Assembly (NCBI GenBank): GCA_016218805.1
Contig: JACRCW010000026.1
Span: forward strand, 1-64,000
Length of the DNA: 64,000 nucleotides
Source of the DNA: Deltaproteobacteria bacterium
GTDB lineage: Bacteria; Myxococcota; JACRCW01
Direction: 5' to 3'
The notes below the pieces were generated by a model. That model worked only from the letters and a program-made list of their open reading frames with translations. It made no database searches and had not been told where the DNA came from. The translations under genes and the position numbers were made by a program. Of the stretch, positions 40,941 through 49,795 are shown piece after piece (position 1 is the first letter of the stretch; every line of letters starts with the position of its first letter).

Positions 40941-41608
40941 CGGGTCCCTCCACGCCCGCCACCGCGGCCCAACCGCGGCCACCGGAGCGCGCGCCGGACG
41001 ACGACGAAGGGCAGGCCATGACGTTTCCGCACCTGCTGGTGCGCGAAGTGGTGGCGGGCCTGGCGCTGTGCATCCTGCTGGTCTGGGTCTCCGTGCTGTT
41101 TGATGCACCGCTGGAGGAGATTGCCAACCCGGACAAGACGCCCAACCCGGCCAAGGCGCCGTGGTACTTCCTGGGGCTGCAGGAACTGCTGCATTACTAC
41201 CCACCGGTCATTTCTGGCGTGTTCATGCCGCTGCTCGTCGTGGTGCTGTTGGCCATCATCCCGTACTTTGACATGAACCACCTGCGCGCCCCCATGTGGC
41301 GCGGTGACCGGCGGACCACCGCAGGCCGCGCGTGGCTGGCCATCCTGGTGCTGACGGCACTGCTGCTGTTCACCGGTGCGCACCCGGTGTGGCCGCTCAT
41401 CATCCCGCTGTGGCTCACGGGGCTGGGTGCATCCGCGGGAGCGGTGCGGTGGGAAAGCGCGGCTTTCCGCTGGCTGGGCGCGCGCAGCGTCGCGTTCTGG
41501 GCGTTCACCTGGTTCCTGCTGTGCTCGGTGGCGCTCACCGTGGTGGGCGTGTGGTTCCGCGGCCCGGGGTGGAGCTTCACGCTCCCGTGGGTGGACGGGG
41601 TGTTTTGA
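40937..41608 (+). CDS. Cytochrome b C-terminal (subunit IV-like) protein
   Basis: [28 protein letters not shown] (PEWY-equivalent), multiple TM helices, RGPGW. Confidence 0.92.
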   Translation: MTGPSTPATAAQPRPPERAPDDDEGQAMTFPHLLVREVVAGLALCILLVWVSVLFDAPLEEIANPDKTPNPAKAPWYFLGLQELLHYYPPVISGVFMPLLVVVLLAIIPYFDMNHLRAPMWRGDRRTTAGRAWLAILVLTALLLFTGAHPVWPLIIPLWLTGLGASAGAVRWESAAFRWLGARSVAFWAFTWFLLCSVALTVVGVWFRGPGWSFTLPWVDGVF

Positions 41609-43566
41609 TGGAACGGCCGCCCGCACCGGACCTGCACCTGGGTGCCCTGCTGCGGGCGTTTGCCGTGCTTTCCATGGTGCTCCTGGTGAGCCTGGTGGTG
41701 GCGGCGCGCGTGAGCCGGCAGACTGAATGGCGCGCTATCCAGGAGCGCTACAACGCGCGCGCGACAGCCGCGGGAAAAGCACCCATTCCCGTCGGCATCC
41801 AGCAGACGTGGCGGCCGGAGCTGGGCATCACGGACCGCTGCGGCAGTTGCCACCTGGGCATGGTGGGTGCACCGCTGGAGGGGGACGCGCTGTTCGCCGC
41901 GCATCCGCCGGTGGTCCACGCGCCGCGGGAGTTGGGTTGCACCGTGTGCCATGGCGGCCAGGGCCGCGCGACAACCCGGGAAGCCGCGCACGGCAACGTA
42001 CGTTTCTGGGACGAGCCCATGCTGGCGCGCGCGGACTTCCAGGCCGGGTGCGGCAGCTGCCACACCCACGTGCGCCTCCCCGCCCCCGCGCTGGCGGCGC
42101 GCGGGGCCAAGGTGGTGGAGGAGCAACAGTGCGGTGCGTGCCACCAGGCAACGCGGCGGCTGGATACGGTTGGATTGCGCGGAATCACGCCGGACTGGCA
42201 CGAGCGTCACATTGGCCTGGTGGAGGGCGAGTTTGGCTTTGCCCCGCTGCCCGACGAGGATCTCCCCGCGGTGGACGCGTTCCTGGCCACGCGCGTGGGT
42301 GCGCCGCGCCTGGTGGAGGCCCGCCTGCTGATGGAGAGTCTGGGCTGCCGCGGCTGCCACCGCATTGGCGGGGCGGGTGGCGAGGAAGGCCCCGACCTTT
42401 CCTCCGTGGGGCGCAAGCCGGCGGGAGATTATGACCTCACCGAGGTGCGCGGACCGCGCACGCCCCGCCAGTACCTGTACGAGCACTTCCTGGAGCCGGG
42501 ACGGCTGGCCCGCAACAGCCGGATGCCCGCGCCCGCCGTGACGCCCCACCAGGCGGATCTGCTCACGTTTGCCATGCTGGCGCTGCGTACGCGCCCGCTG
42601 CCGGAAGCGTTGCTGCCGCGGGACCGCGTCCGCGCGGTGAAGCTGGGCGAGCGCGACTTCCCGACGGACGGTGAGTCCCTGTTCCGCTCCTTCTGCAGCG
42701 GCTGCCACGGGGCGCAGGGTGAAGGCCGCACCTGGGCGCCGGTCCCCGCGGTGATGCCCGGCATTGGCCGCGCCGAGTTTCTGGCGCTGGCGGATGACAC
42801 GTTCATCCGCAAGGCCATCACCGACGGGCGGCCGGGCCGCATGATGCCGGCCTGGGGGAGCATGGAAGGCGGGCTGCGCCGTGCGGAGATCGACGCGCTG
42901 GTGACCTACGTGCGCACGTTGCAGCCCGCGGCGGTGGCGTACGACGCGGTGCTGGCGGCGGCGCCGGATCCCGCGCTGGGGCGGGAGGAGTTTGCGCGCT
43001 CCTGCGTGCCGTGCCACGGCGAGCACGGCGAAGGCTCACCCATTGCGCCGCCGCTGGCCGCACCGGACAACCAGGCGGTGCGCAGTGACAACGCCATCTA
43101 CGGCACGCTGGTCAACGGCGTCGCCGGAACCGCCATGGGCGCATTCCGGCAGTTCAACGCGGTCACGCTCAGCTCCCTGGTGGCGACGGTCCGGGCCCTG
43201 CCGCCGGTGGCGGCCTCCCGCACCGCCTGGAAGCCCGCGCGCGGGGACGCCGCCGCCGGCGCCGCGCTGTTCGGGAAGCACTGCGGCACCTGCCACGGGG
43301 ACAACGCCGTTGGGAAGGAGGGGCCGGCGCTCTCCCATCCCGCGTTTCAGGCGGCCGCGTCTGACGGGTATCTTGCCGCCACCGTCATCCGCGGGCGGCC
43401 ACAGGCGGCCAAGGCCATGCCCGGATTTGGCCAGGCCGGCCCGGACCACGCACGCCTGTCACCTGACGACGTGGCCGCGCTGGTGGCGTTCCTGCGCGGC
43501 CTGGTGGCCCCGGCCGGAACCGAGCACCCCGCGCCCGCCCAGGCCGGGGACACCCGTCTCCCGTAG
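41608..43566 (+). CDS. Membrane-anchored octaheme cytochrome c
   Basis: Eight CxxCH motifs: CGSCH, CTVCH, CGSCH, CGACH, CRGCH, CSGCH, CVPCH, CGTCH; N-terminal TM; TGATG coupling to the previous gene. Confidence 0.93.
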   Translation: MERPPAPDLHLGALLRAFAVLSMVLLVSLVVAARVSRQTEWRAIQERYNARATAAGKAPIPVGIQQTWRPELGITDRCGSCHLGMVGAPLEGDALFAAHPPVVHAPRELGCTVCHGGQGRATTREAAHGNVRFWDEPMLARADFQAGCGSCHTHVRLPAPALAARGAKVVEEQQCGACHQATRRLDTVGLRGITPDWHERHIGLVEGEFGFAPLPDEDLPAVDAFLATRVGAPRLVEARLLMESLGCRGCHRIGGAGGEEGPDLSSVGRKPAGDYDLTEVRGPRTPRQYLYEHFLEPGRLARNSRMPAPAVTPHQADLLTFAMLALRTRPLPEALLPRDRVRAVKLGERDFPTDGESLFRSFCSGCHGAQGEGRTWAPVPAVMPGIGRAEFLALADDTFIRKAITDGRPGRMMPAWGSMEGGLRRAEIDALVTYVRTLQPAAVAYDAVLAAAPDPALGREEFARSCVPCHGEHGEGSPIAPPLAAPDNQAVRSDNAIYGTLVNGVAGTAMGAFRQFNAVTLSSLVATVRALPPVAASRTAWKPARGDAAAGAALFGKHCGTCHGDNAVGKEGPALSHPAFQAAASDGYLAATVIRGRPQAAKAMPGFGQAGPDHARLSPDDVAALVAFLRGLVAPAGTEHPAPAQAGDTRLP

Positions 43567-43643
43567 CGGTCTGCGCCGCCAGTGGCCCAACCGCCGCGCA
43601 GCGCCTATGGTGCCGCGTCCCTTTACCCAGGAAACACGTTCGA

Positions 43644-44675
43644 ATGATTGAACACATCCTGCGCGAGTCCATCCCCCCGTTCCGCGCGTTCCTGGAGGAG
43701 CCCACGCCGGCCATGTTCCGCCGGGCCATGGCGGCCTTCCTGGAGATCATGGATGACGAGGAGAAGCACTCCGGCCCGGACGGGGCCTGGAAGGCGTTCA
43801 AGCTGGCCAATGTCTCACTGCCCGTGAACAAGAACACCGTGAAAGGGTGGGCCACCGGCAAGATGCCTGAGGACCCGGTGGCACTGGTGGAGAGCATCCT
43901 CGCGCACTTCCACAAGCAGGGCATCGTGTACCGCTCGTCAGGAAAGAAGGCGGTGGACCAGGCGTTTGGCAAGCCCATGACGTCCACGTCCGCGGCCGCG
44001 GCCGCCGCGGCGCTGGAGCACAGCCCGTTCAACCCGCCGCGCACCAATGCGGGCGCCCCGGAGGCGGCGGCCGTTCCCACCAGTGCGGAACAGGACGCTG
44101 CGGCGGACCTGCAGCACCGCATGGCCGCCCTCCCGTACACGGACCTGATGGACGGCGCGCTGCGCTGGCAGGGTGACCCGCAGGTGCCGCCCGCGCTGTT
44201 CTCCCAGTACCTGCGGGCCACGCGTGACCGCCTCCCGCCGGACGCCATTGAACGCGTGATGGCGCCGCTGGGCGTGGGCGCGCACTACTTCCAGCGCTGG
44301 TGCCTGCTGGCAGAGGGCCGCCCCTCGCCGGATACCGCGTGGCCGGACCCCATGTTCCAGGCGCGCGTGATGCGCCAGTACCTGGCGTTCTTTCTCGTCG
44401 TGGAACTCAACCTGCCCGCGCAGAACCAGCAGCAGTACGCCTACCGGCTGTACGGCGCGCTGTTCCTGCTGTCCCCGGATGACGTGGAGCGCGCGTGCCT
44501 GCTGGCGCGCTCACGCGAGCCCGCGCCCGGTGCCTGGAGCGGGATCACGCCGGACCTGCTGCGCTCCTGGGCGGCCACCCCGCCCGCCATCACGTGGGAC
44601 ATTCCGCTGCTGGAGGCCATCCAGGCGGCGCTGGCGGAGGCCCTGTACACACGCTTCCGCGAGGCCCGCTGGTAG
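43644..44675 (+). CDS. Hypothetical two-domain protein
   Basis: 343-aa GC3-rich ORF with an Ala/Pro linker; VNKNTVKGWATG is weakly HTH-like. Confidence 0.65.
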   Translation: MIEHILRESIPPFRAFLEEPTPAMFRRAMAAFLEIMDDEEKHSGPDGAWKAFKLANVSLPVNKNTVKGWATGKMPEDPVALVESILAHFHKQGIVYRSSGKKAVDQAFGKPMTSTSAAAAAAALEHSPFNPPRTNAGAPEAAAVPTSAEQDAAADLQHRMAALPYTDLMDGALRWQGDPQVPPALFSQYLRATRDRLPPDAIERVMAPLGVGAHYFQRWCLLAEGRPSPDTAWPDPMFQARVMRQYLAFFLVVELNLPAQNQQQYAYRLYGALFLLSPDDVERACLLARSREPAPGAWSGITPDLLRSWAATPPAITWDIPLLEAIQAALAEALYTRFREARW

Positions 44676-44683
44676 CGGCGCGC

Positions 44684-45568
44684 TCACTCCACCCAGTCAA
44701 ACAATTTGTGCCCGGTGGAATCCACCGCATTCATGGAGCTGACGCAGGCGTAGTCCGCCAGCAGGTACGCCTTCTTGCCCTCAAATTCGAACGCCATCAC
44801 CCCCGTGCTGTCCGACGCCGTGCGCGCCAGGAAGTCGTACTGGTGGCGCACCGCGGGCGGCGGCGACTTCACCGACACATCCCGGCCGGCGTCGTCGCCT
44901 TCCCCCATGCGGCGCTCCACTTCCTGCTTGGCCCGCGCCACCCACCCGGCCGGGTAGCGCTCCGGCGCCGCAGATGGGCTCTTGGTGATGGTCTCGCCGG
45001 CCTTCCCGTCCGCGCGCAGCCACTTGAGTGACAACTCCAGGTCCCGGCTGCGCGTGACCTGCGTGCGCGCCACCTCGTTGCCGCGGGAATCAAACACGCC
45101 CAGCAGCATGCGGTCCTGGTCCACAAAGTCGCTGGCCACGTACAGCGTCTCCCGCCCCATCTTCAGCTCGCGGGCGCTGTACGCAATGGTGTCGCCGTCG
45201 TTCTGGCCCAGAATCTCGCCAAACTTCCCAAACCCGGCAACCACCGCCGCGGGCAGGGAATCCGTGTTGGACTCCTTGAGGCCCATGAAGAAGTCCAGCC
45301 CCTTGGCCTGGATTTGTGAGCGCACCACCGCGGCCACACCCGCGGCGCCGTTCACGTCCGCGGGCGCCACCACGCCGCGCAGCACCGCGCGGGCACCGCG
45401 CTCAAAGGACACGTCCGCCTCCAGCGCCTTGCACACTTCCGCTTTCTCCGCCGCGGACACGCCGCTGGTGCGCGCCGCCACGTGGGCAATCTTCTCCGCG
45501 TCCTTGCGGGTGATCCTTCCATCGGAAATGGCCTGGTTGACGGCACTGCGGACCGAGGAGACGCCCAT
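44684..45568 (-). CDS. Hypothetical protein
   Basis: GC3-rich ORF starting MGVSSVRSAVNQAISDGRIT with a GGAG RBS; no signal peptide. Confidence 0.65.
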   Translation of the reverse strand: MGVSSVRSAVNQAISDGRITRKDAEKIAHVAARTSGVSAAEKAEVCKALEADVSFERGARAVLRGVVAPADVNGAAGVAAVVRSQIQAKGLDFFMGLKESNTDSLPAAVVAGFGKFGEILGQNDGDTIAYSARELKMGRETLYVASDFVDQDRMLLGVFDSRGNEVARTQVTRSRDLELSLKWLRADGKAGETITKSPSAAPERYPAGWVARAKQEVERRMGEGDDAGRDVSVKSPPPAVRHQYDFLARTASDSTGVMAFEFEGKKAYLLADYACVSSMNAVDSTGHKLFDWVE

Positions 45569-45777
45569 GGTGAACTCCGGGGAAAGGGGTGCGAACGCAG
45601 CGTATCGCGGTGCGTTCGCGCGCCGTCCAGCACGGGACTTTTGCGGGTGGATCCAGAGCCGGGCGGCGCCGGTGCACGCCGCGCAGAACACGGTGAATTC
45701 AGGGCGTTACCCCAATCCAGCGCTATCACACCGGCGGAGGACCGCGGCGAAGGCGCGCCGCGTCCCCCGCCGCACGG

Positions 45778-48537
45778 CTACTGCTGAGTGACGGGTGTGG
45801 CCACCAGGCCGTGGAATCCGCCGGCCACCACCGCATGCCCGCCGACGACCGCGCCGGTGCCGCCATGGCCGGCCAGCGAGAACGTGGAGCGCATCAGCGG
45901 CACGCCGTTGTCCCCCACGCTCCACAACTCCACCAGCGAACCATTGGCCAGGAAGAAGTGCCCATTGCCGCCGCCGGTGAACTGCACAGAGTAGTAGTCT
46001 GACGCGAACGGCACGCTGGCCAGCTGCGCCAGGCCGCCGCCCGCGGTGGCATCGCGCACCTGCAGCGTCCCGCCGGTGCTCACCACCACGCGGTCATCCA
46101 CAAACTCCGCCGTGTAACCCCAGTCCGCGTTGTCCACGCGCGCCAGCTCGTTGATGTTGTCGCCGTTGGCCTGGCGCAACACCAGCTGGTTGCGGCCGTT
46201 GGTGCAGCCACCCCAGCGTGACTCCTGGTCGCACCGGTACTCCAGCGTGAGCACCCGCCCGTCAGAGGGAGACACCGCCAGCACCGTGCCGCCCACGTTG
46301 GCCACCTCGTGCGGGTTGCCCGGGTCCTCCGTGGAAATCACGCTGAATCCGGAGCCGGAGGTGAACACGCGGCCCGGCGCGCCGTACAGGCCGGTCATGT
46401 ACGCGTTGTCACCCGCCTGCCACCGTCCGCCGGCCACCGGCGCGTCCGGGTTGCGCGCGTCCACCAGGTAGATCCGCGCCGGCTCCGACCGGTAACCCAT
46501 GCAACCGCCGCTGGGCTTCCACTGCGTCGGGCGGTGGAGCGCCAACACGCCGGGCTGCGCTTGCACCATCGGCTCGGAGCGGTCGGCGCCGTACCAGCCC
46601 CAGTACTCGCCGTCGTAGATGACCTCGTCGTCCAGCGTGACCTCGCCGCGGATCACCGGGTGGCCCGGGTCAGCAAAGTCCACCACGGTGAGCTTGGTGT
46701 TGATGGCGGGGGGCGCCTGGGCCTCAGAGCCGTAACCCCAGTAATACGGCTGCGGCTTGTGCACGGACGCAAAGAACACCAGCGCCCCGTTGGCCGCCAC
46801 CACGCCCGAAGGCGCCTCCATGCGCACGCTGCCCAGCTCCAGCCCGTCCGCAATCTGGCCCACGCGCCACGCGGTCAGCCGCGCCTGCCCGCCGGACAGG
46901 TCCCCCGCCATCTCCACCACCACGTCATCCGCCACCTTCACAAACTGGGACACCCGCCCCGCCAGGTCCAGCCGGGCCAGCTGCGCGGGCGCGGAGCGGT
47001 CCGTGATGTCCAGCACCTGCAGGCACTGCACGGACAGCGTCACCAGCGTCTGCGGGTCCCACAGGATGCCGCGCTCCACCAGGCCCAGGCCGCGCAGGTC
47101 CGCGCGCTGCGTGAGCGTGTCGTTCTGCAGGTCAATGAGCAGCATGCCCGCGTCACCGGCGCTGCCCCAGTCGTTGAACGTGCGGTACGGGAACACCACC
47201 AGCCCCTCGGGGGCAAACACGCGGAACAGCTTGTTGTAGTCGTCGCGCTCGGCGGGGATGGTGCCCCAGTTGCCGTCCAGCACCACGCGGGACAACAGGG
47301 ACGGGTCACCGGCCACATCAATGAGACTGACCGCCAGCGTGCGCCGGATGGCGCGCCACCCGAACCAGCCGATGCGTTGCTCCTCTTCGATCTGTTCGTG
47401 TCCCATGGCCACCAGCCGGTCACCCATGGGCACCATGAAGTCCAGCCAGCCGCTCATCTGCAGCTCGCCCATGCGGCGCGGCGCGGTGGGGTCGGACAGG
47501 TCAAAGATGAACAGCGGGTCCACGCGCTTGAACGTCACCACGTAACCGCGCGCCCCGTCGAACCGCGCGCTCTTGAGCTCCTCGTCCACGTGCATGATGA
47601 CCTGGCCCTGCTGCACGGGGTTGTCCGGGTCCGCCATGTCAAACGTGGTCAGGTACACGTCACCGTTGCCAAACTGCGGGCCGGTGGCCACGCGGAAGCT
47701 GCCCTGCCACGCATCCATGGCAAACCGGTCCGGGATCCACGCCGGCACGCTGAACGCGCCGCGCTTCTCCAGCGTCCCGCCGGCGCCGCGGATGTCCACC
47801 AGGGACACGCGCGTGCTGCCCTGCACCTGGTCCGCCACAAACATGTAGTCGTCCGTGACGTGCACGTGCTGCGCTTCACCCTCGCCGGGCAGCACCACGT
47901 CCGCAATGGGGGCCGGCGTGGCGGGCGTAGAAAGATCAAACGAATACACCCGCCCATGCGGGCCGGCCACCCCGGTGGAGCTGAAGTCCGCCGAGCACGC
48001 CAGGTACAGCACGTTCCCGCGCAGGCGCCCGTCGTGGCAGTCGCCGTCCAGGGGGACCATGGCGGCCAGCACCGGGTGCTCCGGGTCAGACACGTCCGCC
48101 ACCGCCAGCGCGCTGCCCGCGTAGCGCGCCCACGTCTCCACGTCACCGGAGGTCTGGTTCCACCACCAGCCCCAGCCGTAGGGCTGCTGCTGCGAAGTGA
48201 TGACGTACGCGTGCTGGTTGCGCACCCACATCTCACGCGGCTGCGCGGGGATCTTCACGCGGCCCAGCAGGCGCGGCGCATCCCGCTGCGTGAGGTCCGC
48301 CACGTACAGCCCGCGGAAGCGGTTGAGCACGTACAGCAGGTCGCCCTCGCGCTTGAAGATGTCTGATTCCTGCAGCACGCGGTCCTCGGTGGCCACGTCA
48401 CTCTGGCCGTCCCGTTCCTGCGCGCCACCCGGCCCCGCCATGTCCTGCGCCTCCCCGGCCGCGCACCGCGCCAGCACCGCAAACCCCAGCACGCCCCACA
48501 CCTGCCCGCGCCGCTTCAAGCCTGCCACAGCACCCAT
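45778..48537 (-). CDS. Secreted beta-propeller-domain protein
   Basis: QESDIFKREGDLLYVLN, ARFDGARGYVVTFKRVDPLFIFDLSDP, repeated vDvsdP.nP blades. Confidence 0.8.
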   Translation of the reverse strand: MGAVAGLKRRGQVWGVLGFAVLARCAAGEAQDMAGPGGAQERDGQSDVATEDRVLQESDIFKREGDLLYVLNRFRGLYVADLTQRDAPRLLGRVKIPAQPREMWVRNQHAYVITSQQQPYGWGWWWNQTSGDVETWARYAGSALAVADVSDPEHPVLAAMVPLDGDCHDGRLRGNVLYLACSADFSSTGVAGPHGRVYSFDLSTPATPAPIADVVLPGEGEAQHVHVTDDYMFVADQVQGSTRVSLVDIRGAGGTLEKRGAFSVPAWIPDRFAMDAWQGSFRVATGPQFGNGDVYLTTFDMADPDNPVQQGQVIMHVDEELKSARFDGARGYVVTFKRVDPLFIFDLSDPTAPRRMGELQMSGWLDFMVPMGDRLVAMGHEQIEEEQRIGWFGWRAIRRTLAVSLIDVAGDPSLLSRVVLDGNWGTIPAERDDYNKLFRVFAPEGLVVFPYRTFNDWGSAGDAGMLLIDLQNDTLTQRADLRGLGLVERGILWDPQTLVTLSVQCLQVLDITDRSAPAQLARLDLAGRVSQFVKVADDVVVEMAGDLSGGQARLTAWRVGQIADGLELGSVRMEAPSGVVAANGALVFFASVHKPQPYYWGYGSEAQAPPAINTKLTVVDFADPGHPVIRGEVTLDDEVIYDGEYWGWYGADRSEPMVQAQPGVLALHRPTQWKPSGGCMGYRSEPARIYLVDARNPDAPVAGGRWQAGDNAYMTGLYGAPGRVFTSGSGFSVISTEDPGNPHEVANVGGTVLAVSPSDGRVLTLEYRCDQESRWGGCTNGRNQLVLRQANGDNINELARVDNADWGYTAEFVDDRVVVSTGGTLQVRDATAGGGLAQLASVPFASDYYSVQFTGGGNGHFFLANGSLVELWSVGDNGVPLMRSTFSLAGHGGTGAVVGGHAVVAGGFHGLVATPVTQQ

Positions 48538-48724
48538 GGTGAAACCTCCGCGTTGACAAACGCCCGCCCGAGCACGCCGCGTGCCACGGGGCGCCCCGGG
48601 GGGCATTCCTCGTCGACAACGGCGGTGACGCCGCCGGTGGCGCGGGTTTGCACCGGCGCCGGGGGATCGTGTCAGGGATGTCAGGACCGCCCGCCCCGAA
48701 CCGCTTGCGCGGTCCCCGCCGGGA

Positions 48725-49780
48725 CTATTCGCGGCCTTCGCGGTGGCGACCCAGCTCGCCCTGTTCCAGGCGGGCGCGGACGCGGGCGCGCTGGCGGTTC
48801 TTGTATTCCTCGTGGTTGTTCTCGCCCTGTTCGTTGCGCCGCGCGGTGGCGGCGTCCACCAGCTGCATCTCGCACAGGGCAAAGATGACGCGGCCCAGGT
48901 CCTCAGCCGCGCCGCGCTGCGCCAGCACCTCCGGGGGGACCCGCAGCGGGATGTCCGCCACAAAGTTCACCACACGGTAGGTGCTGCCAGAGAACTCATT
49001 GATGGGGGGACGGTCCTGGTCCGCGGCGGCGGTGCCGTCCGCCGGCTCCACGCCGTGGTCCCGCGCCAGCGCGGAGAGGTCCACCAGGTCATTCTTGGAC
49101 TGCCCGGGGACAATGAAGTTGAACGGGAGCAGGCGCTGGGTGAGCGCATCCACCACCACGGGAAGGTCCTCCACGATCTCCACCACCAGCCGGTAGCGCA
49201 TGCGGTCATGCACCTGCGCGGAGTGCGTGTCCTTCTTGGCCAGCAGCTTGGTGATGAGGCTGGTGCGGCTCTTCACGCCGCCGGAGAAGTCCACAATGCG
49301 GTAACCCAGCGCGCGCATCTGGGTCACGCACGCGGTGACCTTGGCGTCCAGCAGCTGGCCCACCTCGGCGGCGGACAGCGGCAGGTGCTGGCCCAGTTCG
49401 CGCGCTTCCAGGTGGTGGATGACGTGCATGGCCTTGAGCAGCATGCAGGCAAATGACCGCGTGTTGCGCCGCCCCTTGGTGCCGGACGCGTACAGGAACA
49501 GGTCGCGCGGGTCCCCGGTGACCAGCTCCGGCGGCAGGCGGTAGCGGTGCTCAATGCGCAGGTAGTCGGCCGCGCGGTCACGCAGGGTGCGGATGCGCGC
49601 CATGTCACGCGGGTCAGAGACGTCAAACTCCTGCACGCGCAGGAACGGGTCCACCTCGCCCAGGGTGGACATGTCCAGGCGCGGCCAGTCCACAATGGAG
49701 CCGCCGGTGAGCACATGGCGCACGCGCTCCACGTTGACCGCGGGCCGCGGCGGTGAACTGGGACGACCGGCCTCTTCCAC
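48725..49780 (-). CDS. TIGR04552-like protein (RelA/SpoT-like nucleotidyltransferase fold suspected)
   Basis: GGSIVDWPRL, LKAMHVIHHLEAREL, KSRTSLITKLLAK, PFNFIVPGQSKN, NEFSGSTYRVVNFV, EMQLVD. Confidence 0.75.
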   Translation of the reverse strand: MEEAGRPSSPPRPAVNVERVRHVLTGGSIVDWPRLDMSTLGEVDPFLRVQEFDVSDPRDMARIRTLRDRAADYLRIEHRYRLPPELVTGDPRDLFLYASGTKGRRNTRSFACMLLKAMHVIHHLEARELGQHLPLSAAEVGQLLDAKVTACVTQMRALGYRIVDFSGGVKSRTSLITKLLAKKDTHSAQVHDRMRYRLVVEIVEDLPVVVDALTQRLLPFNFIVPGQSKNDLVDLSALARDHGVEPADGTAAADQDRPPINEFSGSTYRVVNFVADIPLRVPPEVLAQRGAAEDLGRVIFALCEMQLVDAATARRNEQGENNHEEYKNRQRARVRARLEQGELGRHREGRE

Positions 49781-49795
49781 CGCGTCACCCCGCCG

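Noticed and set aside
48638..48652. TGGCGCGGGTTTGCA as a sigma-54 promoter
   Set aside because: GG-to-GC spacing is 9 rather than 10, and it points away from the adjacent gene start.
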